DNA of 248,000 nt, from the NCBI RefSeq assembly GCF_000737315.1, contig NZ_JMCB01000013.1, positions 20,001 through 268,000 of the forward strand, written 5' to 3'. The notes beneath the pieces were generated by a model that was given only the letters and a program-made list of their open reading frames with translations, was not told the origin of the DNA and did no database searches. Made by a program: the position numbers and the translations under genes. Below are positions 208,369 to 222,144 of the stretch, piece by piece; position 1 is the first letter of the stretch; the number at the start of each line of letters is the position of its first letter. This stretch comes from Hyalangium minutum. GTDB taxonomy: Bacteria; Myxococcota; Myxococcia; Myxococcales; Myxococcaceae.

Positions 208369-209883
208369 CTAATGCGTGGAGGCCGTGTGTGCACCTGCGT
208401 GGGCCGGGGCGTGCCCGCCCAGCGTCGCCGAGGCGTGGCCCGCCGCCGGCAGCGCGTGGCCGTGAGCCGCACCCGGCAGCCCGTGCGCGTCATGTCCACC
208501 GCCGTGGCCCAGGGCGCCGTGGCCCCCGCCGTGGCCGGGCTCACCCTTGACCATCTCCTTGCTGGAGAGCGTCAGGGCCACCAGCACGCCAATCTGGAAG
208601 AGCCCGAACAGCGCCAGGTAGCGCAGCGAGGGATCCCACAGCACCAGCGCGCCGCTGATGAACACGTTGGCCAGGCCCACGGGCAGCAGCATCTTCCAGC
208701 CCAGCGTCTGGATCTGATCGTAGCGGAAGCGGGGGAACGTCCAGCGGATGAGCAGCTGCAGGAAGCACAGCAGCAGCACCTTGATCCAGAAGATCGTCCC
208801 CATCAGCGTGGCGTACACCAGCGGGTAGTCCCGCAGGTGGCTGGCCACCCACTCGCCGCCGAAGGGCAGGTGGTAGCCGCCAAAGAAGAGCGCCGCGACG
208901 ACGCCCGACAGCACCACCACCTCGACGAACTCGGAGATCATGAACAGGCCGAACTGCATGCCCGAGTACTCCACGAAGTAGCCGATGATCTCGGACTCAC
209001 CTTCCGGCACGTCGAACGGGGCGCGCTTCGTCTCGGCGAAGGCCGCCGCGAAGAAGCCGATGAAGCCAATGGGCTGCAGGATGATGCCCCACGTCGGCAG
209101 GCCGAAGTCGAAGCCCTCGCCCGCGGCGCCGCCCGTCCACTGCCACAGGTAGCGCGCCTGGCCGGAGGCCTCGCTGCCCGTCTCCGCCGCCAGCGCGCCG
209201 ACGATGGACGGCAGCTGCACGGAGGAGAACGCCAGCATGAGGCCCACCAGCGACAGGCCCAGCGCCACCTCGTAGGAGATCATCTGCGAGGAGGCGCGCA
209301 CGCCGCCCAGCAGGGCGAACTTGTTGTTGGAGGCCCAGCCGGCCAGCGCCGTGCCGTACACCGCCAGCGAGGCGATGGCGAACAGGTAGAGCAGGCCGAA
209401 GTCCGGGGTGGCCACCACCATGTCCACGTTGTGGCCGAACACCTGCACCGAGGGGCCCGCGGGGACGATGGCGAACAGGGCGAACACCGGCCCGAACGCC
209501 AGCAGAGGCCCCAGGTTGAACAGGAACTTGTTCGCGTTCTCCGGCCGGAAGGCCTCCTTGGTCAGCATCTTCAAGGAGTCCGCCGCCACGAAGGGCAGGC
209601 CCGCCAGCGAGCGGTTCTTCAGGCCCGGCAGGGCGATGCGCGCGCGGTTCGGGCCGATGCGGTCCTGCATCAGCGCGCTCCACTTGCGCTCGGCCAGCGT
209701 GAGCAGCGTGGCGATGACCATCACGAACAGGAGCATCAGGAAGATGATGTTCGTGAGCCGGCTGGCGCCGGTGAACAGGTACTGCTCCGCCAGGCCACCC
209801 ACCACGTAGGTGCCGAGCACCACGGCGGCGAGCAGGCCGATGATGAAGCCGATGGCGAAGAGGACAGTGAGAATGCGAGCCAT
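208369..209883 (-). CDS. nuoH: NADH-quinone oxidoreductase subunit H
   Basis: [27 protein letters not shown]. Confidence 0.93.
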   Translation of the reverse strand: MARILTVLFAIGFIIGLLAAVVLGTYVVGGLAEQYLFTGASRLTNIIFLMLLFVMVIATLLTLAERKWSALMQDRIGPNRARIALPGLKNRSLAGLPFVAADSLKMLTKEAFRPENANKFLFNLGPLLAFGPVFALFAIVPAGPSVQVFGHNVDMVVATPDFGLLYLFAIASLAVYGTALAGWASNNKFALLGGVRASSQMISYEVALGLSLVGLMLAFSSVQLPSIVGALAAETGSEASGQARYLWQWTGGAAGEGFDFGLPTWGIILQPIGFIGFFAAAFAETKRAPFDVPEGESEIIGYFVEYSGMQFGLFMISEFVEVVVLSGVVAALFFGGYHLPFGGEWVASHLRDYPLVYATLMGTIFWIKVLLLCFLQLLIRWTFPRFRYDQIQTLGWKMLLPVGLANVFISGALVLWDPSLRYLALFGLFQIGVLVALTLSSKEMVKGEPGHGGGHGALGHGGGHDAHGLPGAAHGHALPAAGHASATLGGHAPAHAGAHTASTH

Positions 209884-211766
<1,883 letters not shown>

Positions 211767-211770
<4 letters not shown>

Positions 211771-213017
211771 TGCTCGACCTCGCCGCCGATCATGTTGATC
211801 ATGTCAAAGGTGGGAATGAGGTCCGCCAGCATCTTCCCCTCGATGATCTGAGGAATGGCGGAGAGGATGGGGAAGCCCGGCGCGCGGACGTGGACCTTGT
211901 AGGGCCGGCCGCCGCCGTCGCTCACCAGGTACCAGCCCAGCTCGCCGTTGGCCGCCTCGGTGCTGTCGTACACCTCGCCCGGCGGCACCGGGATGCCCTC
212001 CATCACCAGCTTGAAGTGCGACATGACACCTTCGATGGTGCCGTACACCTCGGGCTTGGGCGGCAGGGCGATGCGCCAGTCATCCACGATGATGGGGCCG
212101 CTGGGCAGCTTGGCCAGCGCCTGCCGGATGATGCGATCCGACTGCTTCATCTCCTCGAGCCGCATGATGTAGCGGTCGTAGTTGTCGCCGTGCGTGCCCA
212201 CCGGCACATCGAAGTCCAGCTGGCTGTAGACCCAGTAGGGCTTGGCCTTGCGCACGTCGTAGTCCACGCCAGCGGCGCGCAGGCAGGGGCCGGTGAAGCC
212301 AAAGTCCAGGGCATCCTCGGCGGAGAGGAGGCCGGTGCCCTTCATGCGGTCCACGAAGATGCGGTTCTTCATCAGCAGCCCCTCGACCTCCACGAGGAGC
212401 TCCTGGATCTTGTCCAGGGACTTGATCGTCTTCGGGATCCACCCCTCGGGCAGGTCGCGGTTGAGGCCGCCCACGCGCCCGTAGCTGGTGGTGAGGCGCG
212501 CGCCGGTCAGCTCCGTCACGCGGTCCATGATGAGCTCACGGCCCTCGATGGCGTAGAGGAACGGAGCGAACCCGCCGAGCTCCAGCGCCGTGGCGCCCAC
212601 GCACGTGAGGTGATCGTGCATGCGGTGCAGCTCGGAGGCGATCACGCGGATGTACTGGGCGCGCTCAGGGATCTCCAGGCCGATGAGCTTCTCCACGGCG
212701 TTGAGGAACCCGAAGTTGTTCATCATCGCCGAGTTGTAGTTGAGCCGGTCCGTGTACGGCAGACACTGCGTCCACGTGACGTTCTCGCAGCTCTTCTGGA
212801 AGCCTCGGTGGAGGAAGCCGATCTCCGGGTCGGCCTTGATGATCGTCTCTCCCTCCAGCTCCACCTTCATGCGCACGGTGCCGTGCATGGCGGGGTGAGA
212901 GGGGCCCATGTTGATGTACATCCGCTTGGGCTGGAGGTGAGCCTCCAGCTCCGACTCGTGGGCGTACGCGTCGGTGTCCGGGTTGGGCGCTTCAGGCTGC
213001 TTGGAAGGGTCCGACAT
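211767..213017 (-). CDS. nuoD: NADH-quinone oxidoreductase subunit D
   Basis: NMGPSHPAMHG, GFLHRG, GELGWY. Confidence 0.95.
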
Positions 213018-213054
213018 GGAGGAGAGTCCTCGGAAGGCGAAAGGGGCCGGGGCT

Positions 213055-213588
213055 TCAGGAGAGGCCGCTGGTGCCGGGGCCGCGGAAGATGTCCTTGATG
213101 GGGCGCTCGGGGATCAGCGGCTGCCGGTCGCGCAGGGCGTAGTCCTTGCGCAGCGGGTGCCCCTGGAACTCGTCGTACATGAGGATGCGGCGCAGATCCG
213201 GATGGCCCACGAACTTGATGCCGTAGAAGTCGTAGGTGAGGCGCTCCCACCAGTTGGCGCCCTTGTAGAGAGGAACCAGCGAGGGCACCTCGGGAGTCGT
213301 CTCGGTGACGCGCACCTTGAGGCGCACGTGCTCGTTTCGCGTGAGCGAGTAGAGGATGTAGATGATCTCGAAGCGCGGATCGCTCTCGGCCAGGTGCAGC
213401 CGGTCCACGGCATCGATGGAGCCGAAGAGCTTGAAGTTCAGCTCCGGATCATTGCGGAGATACGCCGCCACCTTCGGCAGGTGCTGAGCATGGATGACGG
213501 CCCAGGCGCCGCCGGCCCTGTCGTCGTAGCGCTCCGCGACCGCCTCCGGAAGGTGGGCGGAGACCCTGTCCAACGCGAATGTGCTCAA
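213055..213588 (-). CDS. nuoC: NADH-quinone oxidoreductase subunit C
   Basis: WWERLTYDFYGI.F.GHPDLRRIL, GHPLRKDY. Confidence 0.93.
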   Translation of the reverse strand: MSTFALDRVSAHLPEAVAERYDDRAGGAWAVIHAQHLPKVAAYLRNDPELNFKLFGSIDAVDRLHLAESDPRFEIIYILYSLTRNEHVRLKVRVTETTPEVPSLVPLYKGANWWERLTYDFYGIKFVGHPDLRRILMYDEFQGHPLRKDYALRDRQPLIPERPIKDIFRGPGTSGLS

Positions 213589-213702
213589 AAGGGGGCCCCA
213601 ATGGCAGAAGAATCCGCGGCTTTATAGGGAGGGCAGCCCGCAGCGTCAACGTAAAACCCCCAGCCATGTAGGGCACTTACGCGCGCTAGAAGCGAGGGGG
213701 CC

Positions 213703-214977
213703 TCAGGCGGCGGCGGAGGTGCCCCCAGGGCGGGCGGATCCGTGGGGCTCGGGAATGAAGAGCGAGACGGGCAGCGTCTTGCCGGGGACGGTGGCCGGGG
213801 GGGCCTCTCGCCAGAGGAAGGCCTCTCCCGCCTGCTCACGGGTCGTCCGGGACACCAGCACGGGGGCGCCCGCCGTCTTGGTGAGGCGCTCAATGCGGCT
213901 GGCCAGGTTCACGGTGTCGCCAATGGCGGTGTACTCCAGGCGCCGGGTGGAAGAGCCGATGTTGCCCAGCACCACGGGCCCAGTGTGGACACCTACACCC
214001 ATTCGCAGGCCTGGCTCGCCCCGGGCGGCGCGCTCGGCGTTGACGGCCTCGAGCTCGGCCACCATGTCCAGGGCGCACTGCACGCCCCGCCGGGCATGCT
214101 CGGCATCCGCGATGGGAGCGCCGAAGTACACCATCAGTGCGTCGCCGATGAACTTGTCGAGCGTGCCGCCATGGCGGAATACCACCTCCACCATGCGCCC
214201 GTAGTACTCGTTGAGGATGGCCACCACCTGCTGGGGGGGCAGGCGCTCGCTGAGGGCGGTGAAGTCCCGGATGTCGGCGAACAGGAGCGTCACCTCGCGC
214301 AGCTCTGGGTGGGTCTTCGAGATGGCCAGATCCTGGAGCCGCTCGGCGACGGCAGGGGAGAAGTAGCGGCCGAGCCGGGCCCGCTTGAGCTCCTCGCGCG
214401 TGACGGCCGAGAGCAGGGCGCGGATGCGCAGCAGCAGGTGGGAGGCGCCCGCGGCGCTGGCTGCCAGGACGACCACGGCGGCCACCTGCGCGCCGATGGC
214501 GATGCCGGCCTGCTGTTGGAGCAGCACCTCCGTGATGGCCGCGACCCCGGTGACCGCCAAGGTCCCCAGGCGGCGCAGGGAGAGGGCGGACAGGAGGATG
214601 AGGCAGACGTAGATGCCCAGGGTGAAGCCCGCCACGCCGCCTGGGGAGGGGGAGAGGGGCAGTGACAGGGTCTGGAGCCAGAAGATGGCGGGGACGTCGA
214701 CGAGGGCCAGCGTCATGCCGGACCAGCGCGCGATCCACTGGAAGTGGTAGACGCCGCCCAGGACGAGTGCGGTGACGGCCCAGTACGCAGCGAAGGGGGT
214801 GGAGTAGATGGCCCAGTCGGCGAGCCCGCGCAGGAAGCCCAGGTAGAGGGTGACGGCGAAGACGGCAGAGACGGCGAGGAAGCGCACCCACGACAGATGG
214901 AGCGCATTTCGCGCCCGCTCAGTGTCGAGTGCCCGCGAGAGGCTCTGCTCGGTAGTGGGCGCTGCCGCTTCCTTCAT
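213703..214977 (-). CDS. Membrane adenylate/guanylate cyclase
   Basis: TM helices; [24 protein letters not shown]. Confidence 0.9.
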   Translation of the reverse strand: MKEAAAPTTEQSLSRALDTERARNALHLSWVRFLAVSAVFAVTLYLGFLRGLADWAIYSTPFAAYWAVTALVLGGVYHFQWIARWSGMTLALVDVPAIFWLQTLSLPLSPSPGGVAGFTLGIYVCLILLSALSLRRLGTLAVTGVAAITEVLLQQQAGIAIGAQVAAVVVLAASAAGASHLLLRIRALLSAVTREELKRARLGRYFSPAVAERLQDLAISKTHPELREVTLLFADIRDFTALSERLPPQQVVAILNEYYGRMVEVVFRHGGTLDKFIGDALMVYFGAPIADAEHARRGVQCALDMVAELEAVNAERAARGEPGLRMGVGVHTGPVVLGNIGSSTRRLEYTAIGDTVNLASRIERLTKTAGAPVLVSRTTREQAGEAFLWREAPPATVPGKTLPVSLFIPEPHGSARPGGTSAAA

Positions 214978-215194
214978 GACGCCGGGCGTCCCTCCCGCTG
215001 TCCGTGTCAGCCGCTGGCACACTGTGGCACGGGTTGGGCGACCGTGCACGTTGCGTACCTCCTAAGAGGGCTCGTCTGTCCGGTTGGTGAGCTTTTGGGA
215101 AACAGAACCAGGTGGGTAGGCTCAAGTAGGCTCAGGCGTGGCGAGTCTCGTACCCTTCGACGCCGCAGTCATCGCAGCCGAACGGGTAGGAGGC

Positions 215195-216076
215195 CTAATT
215201 CGGCTGACAGACAAAGGGCCGGTCTGGCCTGTGTTGCCTGCAGACGTAGCCCTCAATGCACGCGTGGGGATCCTTTGGATCACACGGGGGCCTGCACCGC
215301 CATGCGTCGCAGATCAATCCGTCCCTGCACGAGGGATAATCCTCACCACACCGTTCCAGGCACTCCATCCACGCCTTATCGGGACGGGCGGGCTCTCGGA
215401 GCACCACGCACTCGCCGCCTCGCGGACAGGGAGCTTGTTGGCACTGGGGGCCATAAACGTGCGCGCACACGGAGACGCCTTCCTCGTACCGGACGCAGTG
215501 CTGATCCTCTGGGCACCCGCGTGTCTCACACGTAGGCAAGCACACCGGCTCTGGCGCTGTGTCCGCGCAAAAGAAGCCAGCGGGACACGCTGCGGCATCC
215601 TCTGTCTTGCAGGGCCGAGCACACCACGGTTTGCGAAGGCCGCCGCAAATCAATCCCGGCGCGCAGGCATCGTCGCGGCTCTCCCCCAACACATAGCAGG
215701 GCTCCCCTTCCTGCCGAACGCCCAAGGGTACGCAGTACCGCACCAAGGGGCCGTCTTCCACCGTGGCGATGGTGTGGCAGACTTGGCCGTCGGGGCATTG
215801 CGAGTCTGCGGTGCACTGACTGTCGGTGCAGATCTGCCGCCTGTAGCGCAATTCGGTGACGCACCCGAGAGGAGGCTCACACGGCTGACCGGCCCCGCAG
215901 CTGCGGCGGTACGTTAGGAACTGCGCGCGCTCCTCTGAGGTCAGCATTGGGCTGATACGCCTGCCACCCGCGCCCTTTTCAGGAAGGGTGGGCCGTAGCA
216001 CGCCGCCCAATAATATGGCGAGGGGCACTGGCAGCAGCAGACTGGCAAGAGTCGCCAGCAGGGGACGCCAGCTCAC
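215195..216076 (-). CDS. Membrane-anchored Cys-rich repeat protein
   Basis: Similar to 84451-85350 (C.PPLGC..LRY.R..CTDS.C). Confidence 0.75.
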   Translation of the reverse strand: MSWRPLLATLASLLLPVPLAILLGGVLRPTLPEKGAGGRRISPMLTSEERAQFLTYRRSCGAGQPCEPPLGCVTELRYRRQICTDSQCTADSQCPDGQVCHTIATVEDGPLVRYCVPLGVRQEGEPCYVLGESRDDACAPGLICGGLRKPWCARPCKTEDAAACPAGFFCADTAPEPVCLPTCETRGCPEDQHCVRYEEGVSVCAHVYGPQCQQAPCPRGGECVVLREPARPDKAWMECLERCGEDYPSCRDGLICDAWRCRPPCDPKDPHACIEGYVCRQHRPDRPFVCQPN

Positions 216077-216285
216077 CCGCATGTCCTGATACACTCCGGC
216101 GTGTTTTCCTTACCGCCGCCGCAGAGCTCGTCGTACGTCTTCTGGTCGCAATATTTACGGACGAGTTCCAGGGTGTCCTGATGGACGGCTTTGGCGACAC
216201 GACCCTCCTTGCCAAACTCTGAAGGACAGCCAGTCACCATCCAGAGCACCACCAGGAGCGTTCCTGCGTCACGCCAGCGCATCAT
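216073..216285 (-). CDS. Small Cys-rich lipoprotein
   Basis: MMRWR..VTGC lipobox; three further Cys. Confidence 0.7.
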   Translation of the reverse strand: MMRWRDAGTLLVVLWMVTGCPSEFGKEGRVAKAVHQDTLELVRKYCDQKTYDELCGGGKENTPECIRTCG

Positions 216286-216416
216286 CCCCTCCTGCGAGCA
216301 CTGATGACCGTACCAAGAGTCAACGGACAGGGCCACGCTGCCGGAAACAGGTAACTCACGGCGGTAGGGGAGCCATGGCGGACGCAGGGCTTTTCAGGTA
216401 CACGCGGCTCGTCGCC

Positions 216417-218414
216417 ATGTCCGTCCGTGTTGCTCCCAGGCTCCTTCTCTGGACGCTCCTCGCCGCTCTCGTAGGCGCTGGGCTGGGGCTGGGGTTGTTT
216501 GCTCTGGAAACGGAGCGGTTGCTCAGCGCTGGACTGGTGGGCGTGGGCATCGATGTGGAGGGGCCCTATGCGGCGCTGATGAATGCGATCCGGCCGCTGC
216601 TGCCAGGGCTGCTCGCTCGGGTCGCGGCGGTGTATGGGGTTGGCGGCGCCGTGCTCGGGCTCTTGGCTGGAGGGCTCGCTCGCGCGTGGGGACGGCAGCG
216701 GTTGGCGTGGGTGATCCCTCATTGGCTCGTGCTGCTCGCACTGCTGGCCTGGGATCGCGCCATCGCCCGGCCCGCGCTCTTCGATGATCTGCCCGCGCTG
216801 CGCTCGGTGCTGGGCTGGCTCGTGGACCATGGCCAGCCCTGGCACCCGCGTGTGACCGTGGGGCTGTGGCTCGCTCTTCCCCTGGGTTGGCTTGCTTGGC
216901 GCTCTCGCGAACATCAGCGCTCCCTGGGCTTGGCATGTGGGGCCGTGGTGGCGGTGGGGTTGCTCGGGGCGTGGATCTCCCGGACACCCTCGGGTGGAGA
217001 GAGACATCCGCTCGTTGTCCTCATCGGGGTGGATGCGTTCCGCCCGGATCGGCTGAAGGCGCTCGGAGGCACAGGCGCGGTGGCGCCTCACCTCGATCGC
217101 TTCGTGGAAGAGGGCGCCACGCTCTTTACCCGCGCGTACACGACCATCGCTCAGACGGAACCCGCGTGGCGCTCACTGCTCACCGCGCGCTGGCCGCATC
217201 GCACCGGCGTCCGTTACTCGCTCACGGCCGAGTCCCGCTGGATCCCCACCTCCACCTTTCCTGCGCGCTTCGCGGATGCCCACTGGCGCACCGTGTTTGC
217301 CACGGATTGCTCGCGCTTCCACGCCGAGGGCCCGGACTCCGGTTTCGCCACGCGCCTCCAGCCGCCTCGGGGCGCGGTGAACTTCCTGCTGGAGAAACTC
217401 CGCTACCGCGCCGTGGGCCTGTTCGCCGATCACCGGCTCGGCGCCGCGTGGCTGCCCGAGTTCATCGACAACCGCGCCCTCGCGGGCATCCACGATCCCA
217501 TCGGCTACGCGGATCGGCTCGCGGCGCGGCTCGTCTTGGAGGCCTCCCAAGGCCCCACACTGTTCGCCTTCCACGCCACCGCAGCGCATTTCCCGGGCGA
217601 CCCCACCTATCCCTTCTACCGGCGCTTCGTGGCTCCCTCCGAGCCGATCGAGCGCCGGCTGCGCATGCACTTCTCCCCGGTGGTGCCCGGCGCCGCCGGA
217701 GGTGCCGGTTCCTGGAACCGGGCCGGTGCTGAGGGGCTCTATGACGAGCTGCTCGCCCAGGCCGATGCACAGGTGGGTCAGCTCTTCGACGCGCTGAAGC
217801 GGACCGGACGCTACGACGACGCGCTCATCGTCCTGTTCTCGGATCACGGCGAGAGCTTCCACGCGGACCGGCCGGACCTCGCAGGTGCCACCTCGGTGCA
217901 CGGCGCCCGGCTCTCCGAGGAGGAGAACCGTGTGCTCCTGGCGGTGAAGCTCCCCCGAGGCCAACAGGCCCCCGCTCGTGTGGATACCCTCGTCCGGCTG
218001 TTGGACATGGGCCCCACGCTGCTGGAGTTGTCCCAACTCCCATCTCTCCCGAGCGACGTGGATGGCGTCTCCCTCGCGCCTCTGTTGCGCGGAGAGCCCT
218101 TCCAGCCCCAGCCGCTCTACGCGGAGACGGGCTTCACGCACGTGAGCCCGGAGATCTTCGATCCAGGCCACTGGCCCGGAGCCCCTCGCAGCTTCGAGAC
218201 CTACCGCATCCGCCAGGATGGCGTGGTGGAGGTGGACGGCTCCGCCCACGACGCCATGGTCCGAGAGAAGGATCGCGGCGCCTTCGACGGGCAGCGCTGG
218301 CTGGTGGATCGCCCCCAGGCGGACGGCTCCACGAAGCGCACGTGCGTGGGCGACTGCGCGGAGCCCGCGGTGTTGTCTTCCTGGCTGGACGCGGTGCTGA
218401 GCCGCGCTCCCTGA
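216417..218414 (+). CDS. Membrane-anchored sulfatase/alkaline-phosphatase superfamily protein
   Basis: GVDAFRPD, SDHGE, DMGPTLL; no C/SxPxR motif. Confidence 0.78.
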   Translation: MSVRVAPRLLLWTLLAALVGAGLGLGLFALETERLLSAGLVGVGIDVEGPYAALMNAIRPLLPGLLARVAAVYGVGGAVLGLLAGGLARAWGRQRLAWVIPHWLVLLALLAWDRAIARPALFDDLPALRSVLGWLVDHGQPWHPRVTVGLWLALPLGWLAWRSREHQRSLGLACGAVVAVGLLGAWISRTPSGGERHPLVVLIGVDAFRPDRLKALGGTGAVAPHLDRFVEEGATLFTRAYTTIAQTEPAWRSLLTARWPHRTGVRYSLTAESRWIPTSTFPARFADAHWRTVFATDCSRFHAEGPDSGFATRLQPPRGAVNFLLEKLRYRAVGLFADHRLGAAWLPEFIDNRALAGIHDPIGYADRLAARLVLEASQGPTLFAFHATAAHFPGDPTYPFYRRFVAPSEPIERRLRMHFSPVVPGAAGGAGSWNRAGAEGLYDELLAQADAQVGQLFDALKRTGRYDDALIVLFSDHGESFHADRPDLAGATSVHGARLSEEENRVLLAVKLPRGQQAPARVDTLVRLLDMGPTLLELSQLPSLPSDVDGVSLAPLLRGEPFQPQPLYAETGFTHVSPEIFDPGHWPGAPRSFETYRIRQDGVVEVDGSAHDAMVREKDRGAFDGQRWLVDRPQADGSTKRTCVGDCAEPAVLSSWLDAVLSRAP

Positions 218415-218441
218415 CTTCGGGCTGGGGTAGGGTGCCGCCCC

Positions 218442-218912
218442 ATGTCGACGACGAATACCCAGAGCCTCCAGGAGCGCTACGCCCCTCACAACGCCTGCTT
218501 CGGTTGCGGCCCCGCCAACGAGAAGGGCCTCCGCATTCGCAGCATGGCGGAGGGCGATCTCGTGGTCGCCGAGTGGACCCCCTCCGAGCACCACCAGGCC
218601 TTCCCCGGTGTCCTCAACGGCGGGATCATCGGCTCGCTGCTGGACTGCCACTGCAACTGGACGGCGGCCTACCACCTCATGAAGCAGGCAGGAGCGGACT
218701 CGCCTCCCTGCACCGTCACGGCGGACTACAGCATCCAGCTCAAGCGTCCCACGCCCATGGGCCTGGTGCGGCTCGAGGCGAAGCCCGTGGAGCTCAAGGA
218801 GGACCGCGCCGTCATCGAGGGCACGCTCACCGCCAACGGCAAGGTGACGGCCACCTGCCGGGGCACCTTCGTGGCGGTGAAGCCGGGCCACCCCGCCTAC
218901 CACCGCTGGTAG
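218442..218912 (+). CDS. PaaI family thioesterase
   Basis: CFGCGPAN..GL, LNGGII..LLD. Confidence 0.85.
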   Translation: MSTTNTQSLQERYAPHNACFGCGPANEKGLRIRSMAEGDLVVAEWTPSEHHQAFPGVLNGGIIGSLLDCHCNWTAAYHLMKQAGADSPPCTVTADYSIQLKRPTPMGLVRLEAKPVELKEDRAVIEGTLTANGKVTATCRGTFVAVKPGHPAYHRW

Positions 218913-218993
218913 CCCGCAAAGCCAAGGGCCCCGGCGCTCCCTCCACCAAGGGAGCCACGCGGGGCCCTGGAGCCTCACACCCCGAGGGGCGCG

Positions 218994-219560
<567 letters not shown>

Positions 219561-219566
219561 GGTTCC

Positions 219567-219935
219567 TCAGCTCTCCCACTCGAGAGCGCCCTTCTTCCAA
219601 ACGTAGATAAGGCCCACCACCAGGGTTGCAGCGAAAACCACCATCTCGGTGTAGCCGAACCAGCCGAGCGCCTGGAAGTTCACCGCCCAGGGGTACAGGA
219701 ACACGGCTTCGACGTCGAACACGATGAAGAGCAGCGCAACGACGTAGAACTTCACCGCGAACCGCTGCCGCGCCATGCCGCTGGACTCGGAGCCGGCCTC
219801 GAAGGTCATCGACTTGACCGCGCTCGGCCGCCGAGGGCCCAGCAAGCCGGCGAGGGTGGGGATGATCAGCGCCAGCACGCCAGACAGCAGCAGCACCACT
219901 GCCAGCGGCAGATAAGGGGTGAGAGGAGTTTCCAT
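219567..219935 (-). CDS. nuoA: NADH-quinone oxidoreductase subunit A
   Basis: FEAG, FIVFDVE.VFLYPW. Confidence 0.95.
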   Translation of the reverse strand: METPLTPYLPLAVVLLLSGVLALIIPTLAGLLGPRRPSAVKSMTFEAGSESSGMARQRFAVKFYVVALLFIVFDVEAVFLYPWAVNFQALGWFGYTEMVVFAATLVVGLIYVWKKGALEWES

Positions 219936-220175
219936 CGGCGGCGGACCCTAGTGACACCCGCCACCTCTGTCAAAGGGAAACTCGGTCTCCTCACACCGTA
220001 AACCGTTGAGATAACAGCGAAAAGGCACCCTGACCCTGATCCCGCCTCTTCGGCCACGCCCCTGGGGACGGTGGCAGGTGAGGGAGGGAGCAACCGGGCA
220101 CGCACGGGGTGTTTGACGCTCTCGGGTCCAGGCGCCTACCGTCGCACCGTCGCGCGAACTCGGGAGAACCAGGGC

Positions 220176-221726
220176 ATGTGGGGTCGGCTCAGTCTACGGT
220201 GGCAGGTGGCACTCGCGGTGCTGGTGCCCACCATCGTCATTTCCGCCCTCACCAGCTTCTACTTCCCGCGGAAGCAGATGGAGATCGGCCGGCACCGGCT
220301 GAAGGAGCGGGGTCTCGCGGTGGGGCTGCTGGCCCAGCAACAAGCGGCCGCCATCCTCTCGGAGCCCGAGGCCCTGCGCACGGACCGCTTTCAGCAGCTC
220401 TTTGATCAGGTGGAGAAGGGCGGCAACGTCTCCATGCAGGCGGTGCTCGAGCCCGCAGGCGGCACACTGATCCAGCGCGGCAACCTGCCGCTCGGGAGCA
220501 CCGCCCTGAAGGGCGGCGAGGGGTGCGCGGACGCGTTCCTCGAGGGCACCCTGATCGTGAGCTGCTCGCTGCCGGATGGGCGCGCCTACCTCGTGGGCAT
220601 GGATGCCTCGGTGGTGCACCACGAGGAGGTCAATGCCTTCATGCTGTCCGGCGGACTCGTCTACAGCGCCGCGGCGCTGATCGGCCTGGCGCTGGCCTTC
220701 TTCATCGGCCGGGCCATCACCGAGCCGGTGTCGCGGATGACGGAGGCCGCCATCGAGGTGGCCAAGGGTGACGTGTCCCGCAGCACGCTGGAGGTGACGA
220801 CGGCCGCGGGCGAGGTGAAGCAGATGGCGCAGTCGTTCAGCGAGATGCTGACCACGCTGCGCGGCACGGTGGCGGAGCTGGTGTCCCGCACCGAGCAGCT
220901 GTCCAGCGCCTCGCGCGGGCTGACGGGGGCCTCGGCGGATCAGGAGCACGTCATCAGCCAGCAGGCGGCGTACGCGCAGCAGATCGCCGCCACCTTTGAG
221001 GAGCTGAGTCGCACCGCCGAGCAGATCTCCAGCTCCACGGAGGTGGTGGAGTCCAGCGCGCGCCGCACGCACGAGGCGGTGGCCGAGGCCATGGCCGTAG
221101 TGGCGCAGGTGGTGGCCGGCATCAACGACATCCGCATCGAGGCCAAGGGCGTGGCCGAGGCCATCGTCGGGCTGAACCAGGACTTGCAGCAGGTGGGGAA
221201 GATCGCCCAGGTGATCAACCAGGTGGCGGAGCGCTCGGACCTGCTGGCGCTCAACGCGGCGCTCGAGGGCACCAAGGCGGGCGAGGTGGGCCGCGGCTTC
221301 TCGCTGGTAGCCGCGGAGATGCGCAAGCTGGCGGAGAACGTGTCCGGCTCGGCGCGAGACATCGCCCGCATCGTCGAGAAGGTGCAGGACTCCGGCGAGG
221401 AGGCCGCGCAGAAGGCCCGCGTGGGCATGGCCACCTCGGATCGCGGCGTGGAGGTGGCCGAGCAGGCCTCCTCCGTGTTCGAGCGGATCGTCGAGCTGGC
221501 GCGCGGTACCAGCGAGGCGGCGCGGCAGATCACCATCGCCACGCGGCAGCAGCGCCAGTCCAGCGAGCAGGCTGTGCAGGGCGCTCGCAACGTGGCCGAG
221601 CTGGTGAAGCAGGGCGTGGATGCCACGGGCCGCACCACCCGCATTGCTCAGGATCTGCAGGCGGTGGCCGAGGGGCTCACCGCCGTCACCAGCCGCTTCA
221701 AGGTCGCCCGCGACGAGCGGTCCTGA
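220176..221726 (+). CDS. Orphan methyl-accepting chemotaxis protein
   Basis: Two TM, HAMP, LLALNAALEG..GRGF.LVA. Confidence 0.9.
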   Translation: MWGRLSLRWQVALAVLVPTIVISALTSFYFPRKQMEIGRHRLKERGLAVGLLAQQQAAAILSEPEALRTDRFQQLFDQVEKGGNVSMQAVLEPAGGTLIQRGNLPLGSTALKGGEGCADAFLEGTLIVSCSLPDGRAYLVGMDASVVHHEEVNAFMLSGGLVYSAAALIGLALAFFIGRAITEPVSRMTEAAIEVAKGDVSRSTLEVTTAAGEVKQMAQSFSEMLTTLRGTVAELVSRTEQLSSASRGLTGASADQEHVISQQAAYAQQIAATFEELSRTAEQISSSTEVVESSARRTHEAVAEAMAVVAQVVAGINDIRIEAKGVAEAIVGLNQDLQQVGKIAQVINQVAERSDLLALNAALEGTKAGEVGRGFSLVAAEMRKLAENVSGSARDIARIVEKVQDSGEEAAQKARVGMATSDRGVEVAEQASSVFERIVELARGTSEAARQITIATRQQRQSSEQAVQGARNVAELVKQGVDATGRTTRIAQDLQAVAEGLTAVTSRFKVARDERS

Positions 221727-221763
221727 GTCCGCTCCCGAGCGCCGCCGAGAGGGCTCTCGAGGC

Positions 221764-222144
221764 CTACCGCGGCTCCTCTTGATCCGAGTCTTTGGGGACC
221801 AGCGTGTGTACCTGGTCGAGGAGCTGTTGCAAGGAGAAGGGCTTCTTGAGGAACCCGGACCACCCATGGTCCTTGGGCTTCACCGTGGGCGCGATGGCGC
221901 TCATGATGAGGACGGGGAGCTTCTCGAAGGCAGGCTTCTGGCGGATGGCCTTGAGCGTCTCGTAGCCGTTCATCACCGGCATCATGATGTCCAGGATGGC
222001 CAGGTCCGGCGTGTGCTCCTCCAGGCACTTGAGCGCCTCGCGGCCGTTGCCGCACGTCAAGACGCGGTAGCGCTCCTCCTCGAGGATCGCCTTGACCGCC
222101 TCGGCGATGTCCAGCTCGTCATCGACGATGAGCACCGTCTTCAT
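221764..222144 (-). CDS. Single-domain response regulator
   Basis: IVDDE, LDIMMP, KKPF. Confidence 0.9.
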   Translation of the reverse strand: MKTVLIVDDELDIAEAVKAILEEERYRVLTCGNGREALKCLEEHTPDLAILDIMMPVMNGYETLKAIRQKPAFEKLPVLIMSAIAPTVKPKDHGWSGFLKKPFSLQQLLDQVHTLVPKDSDQEEPR

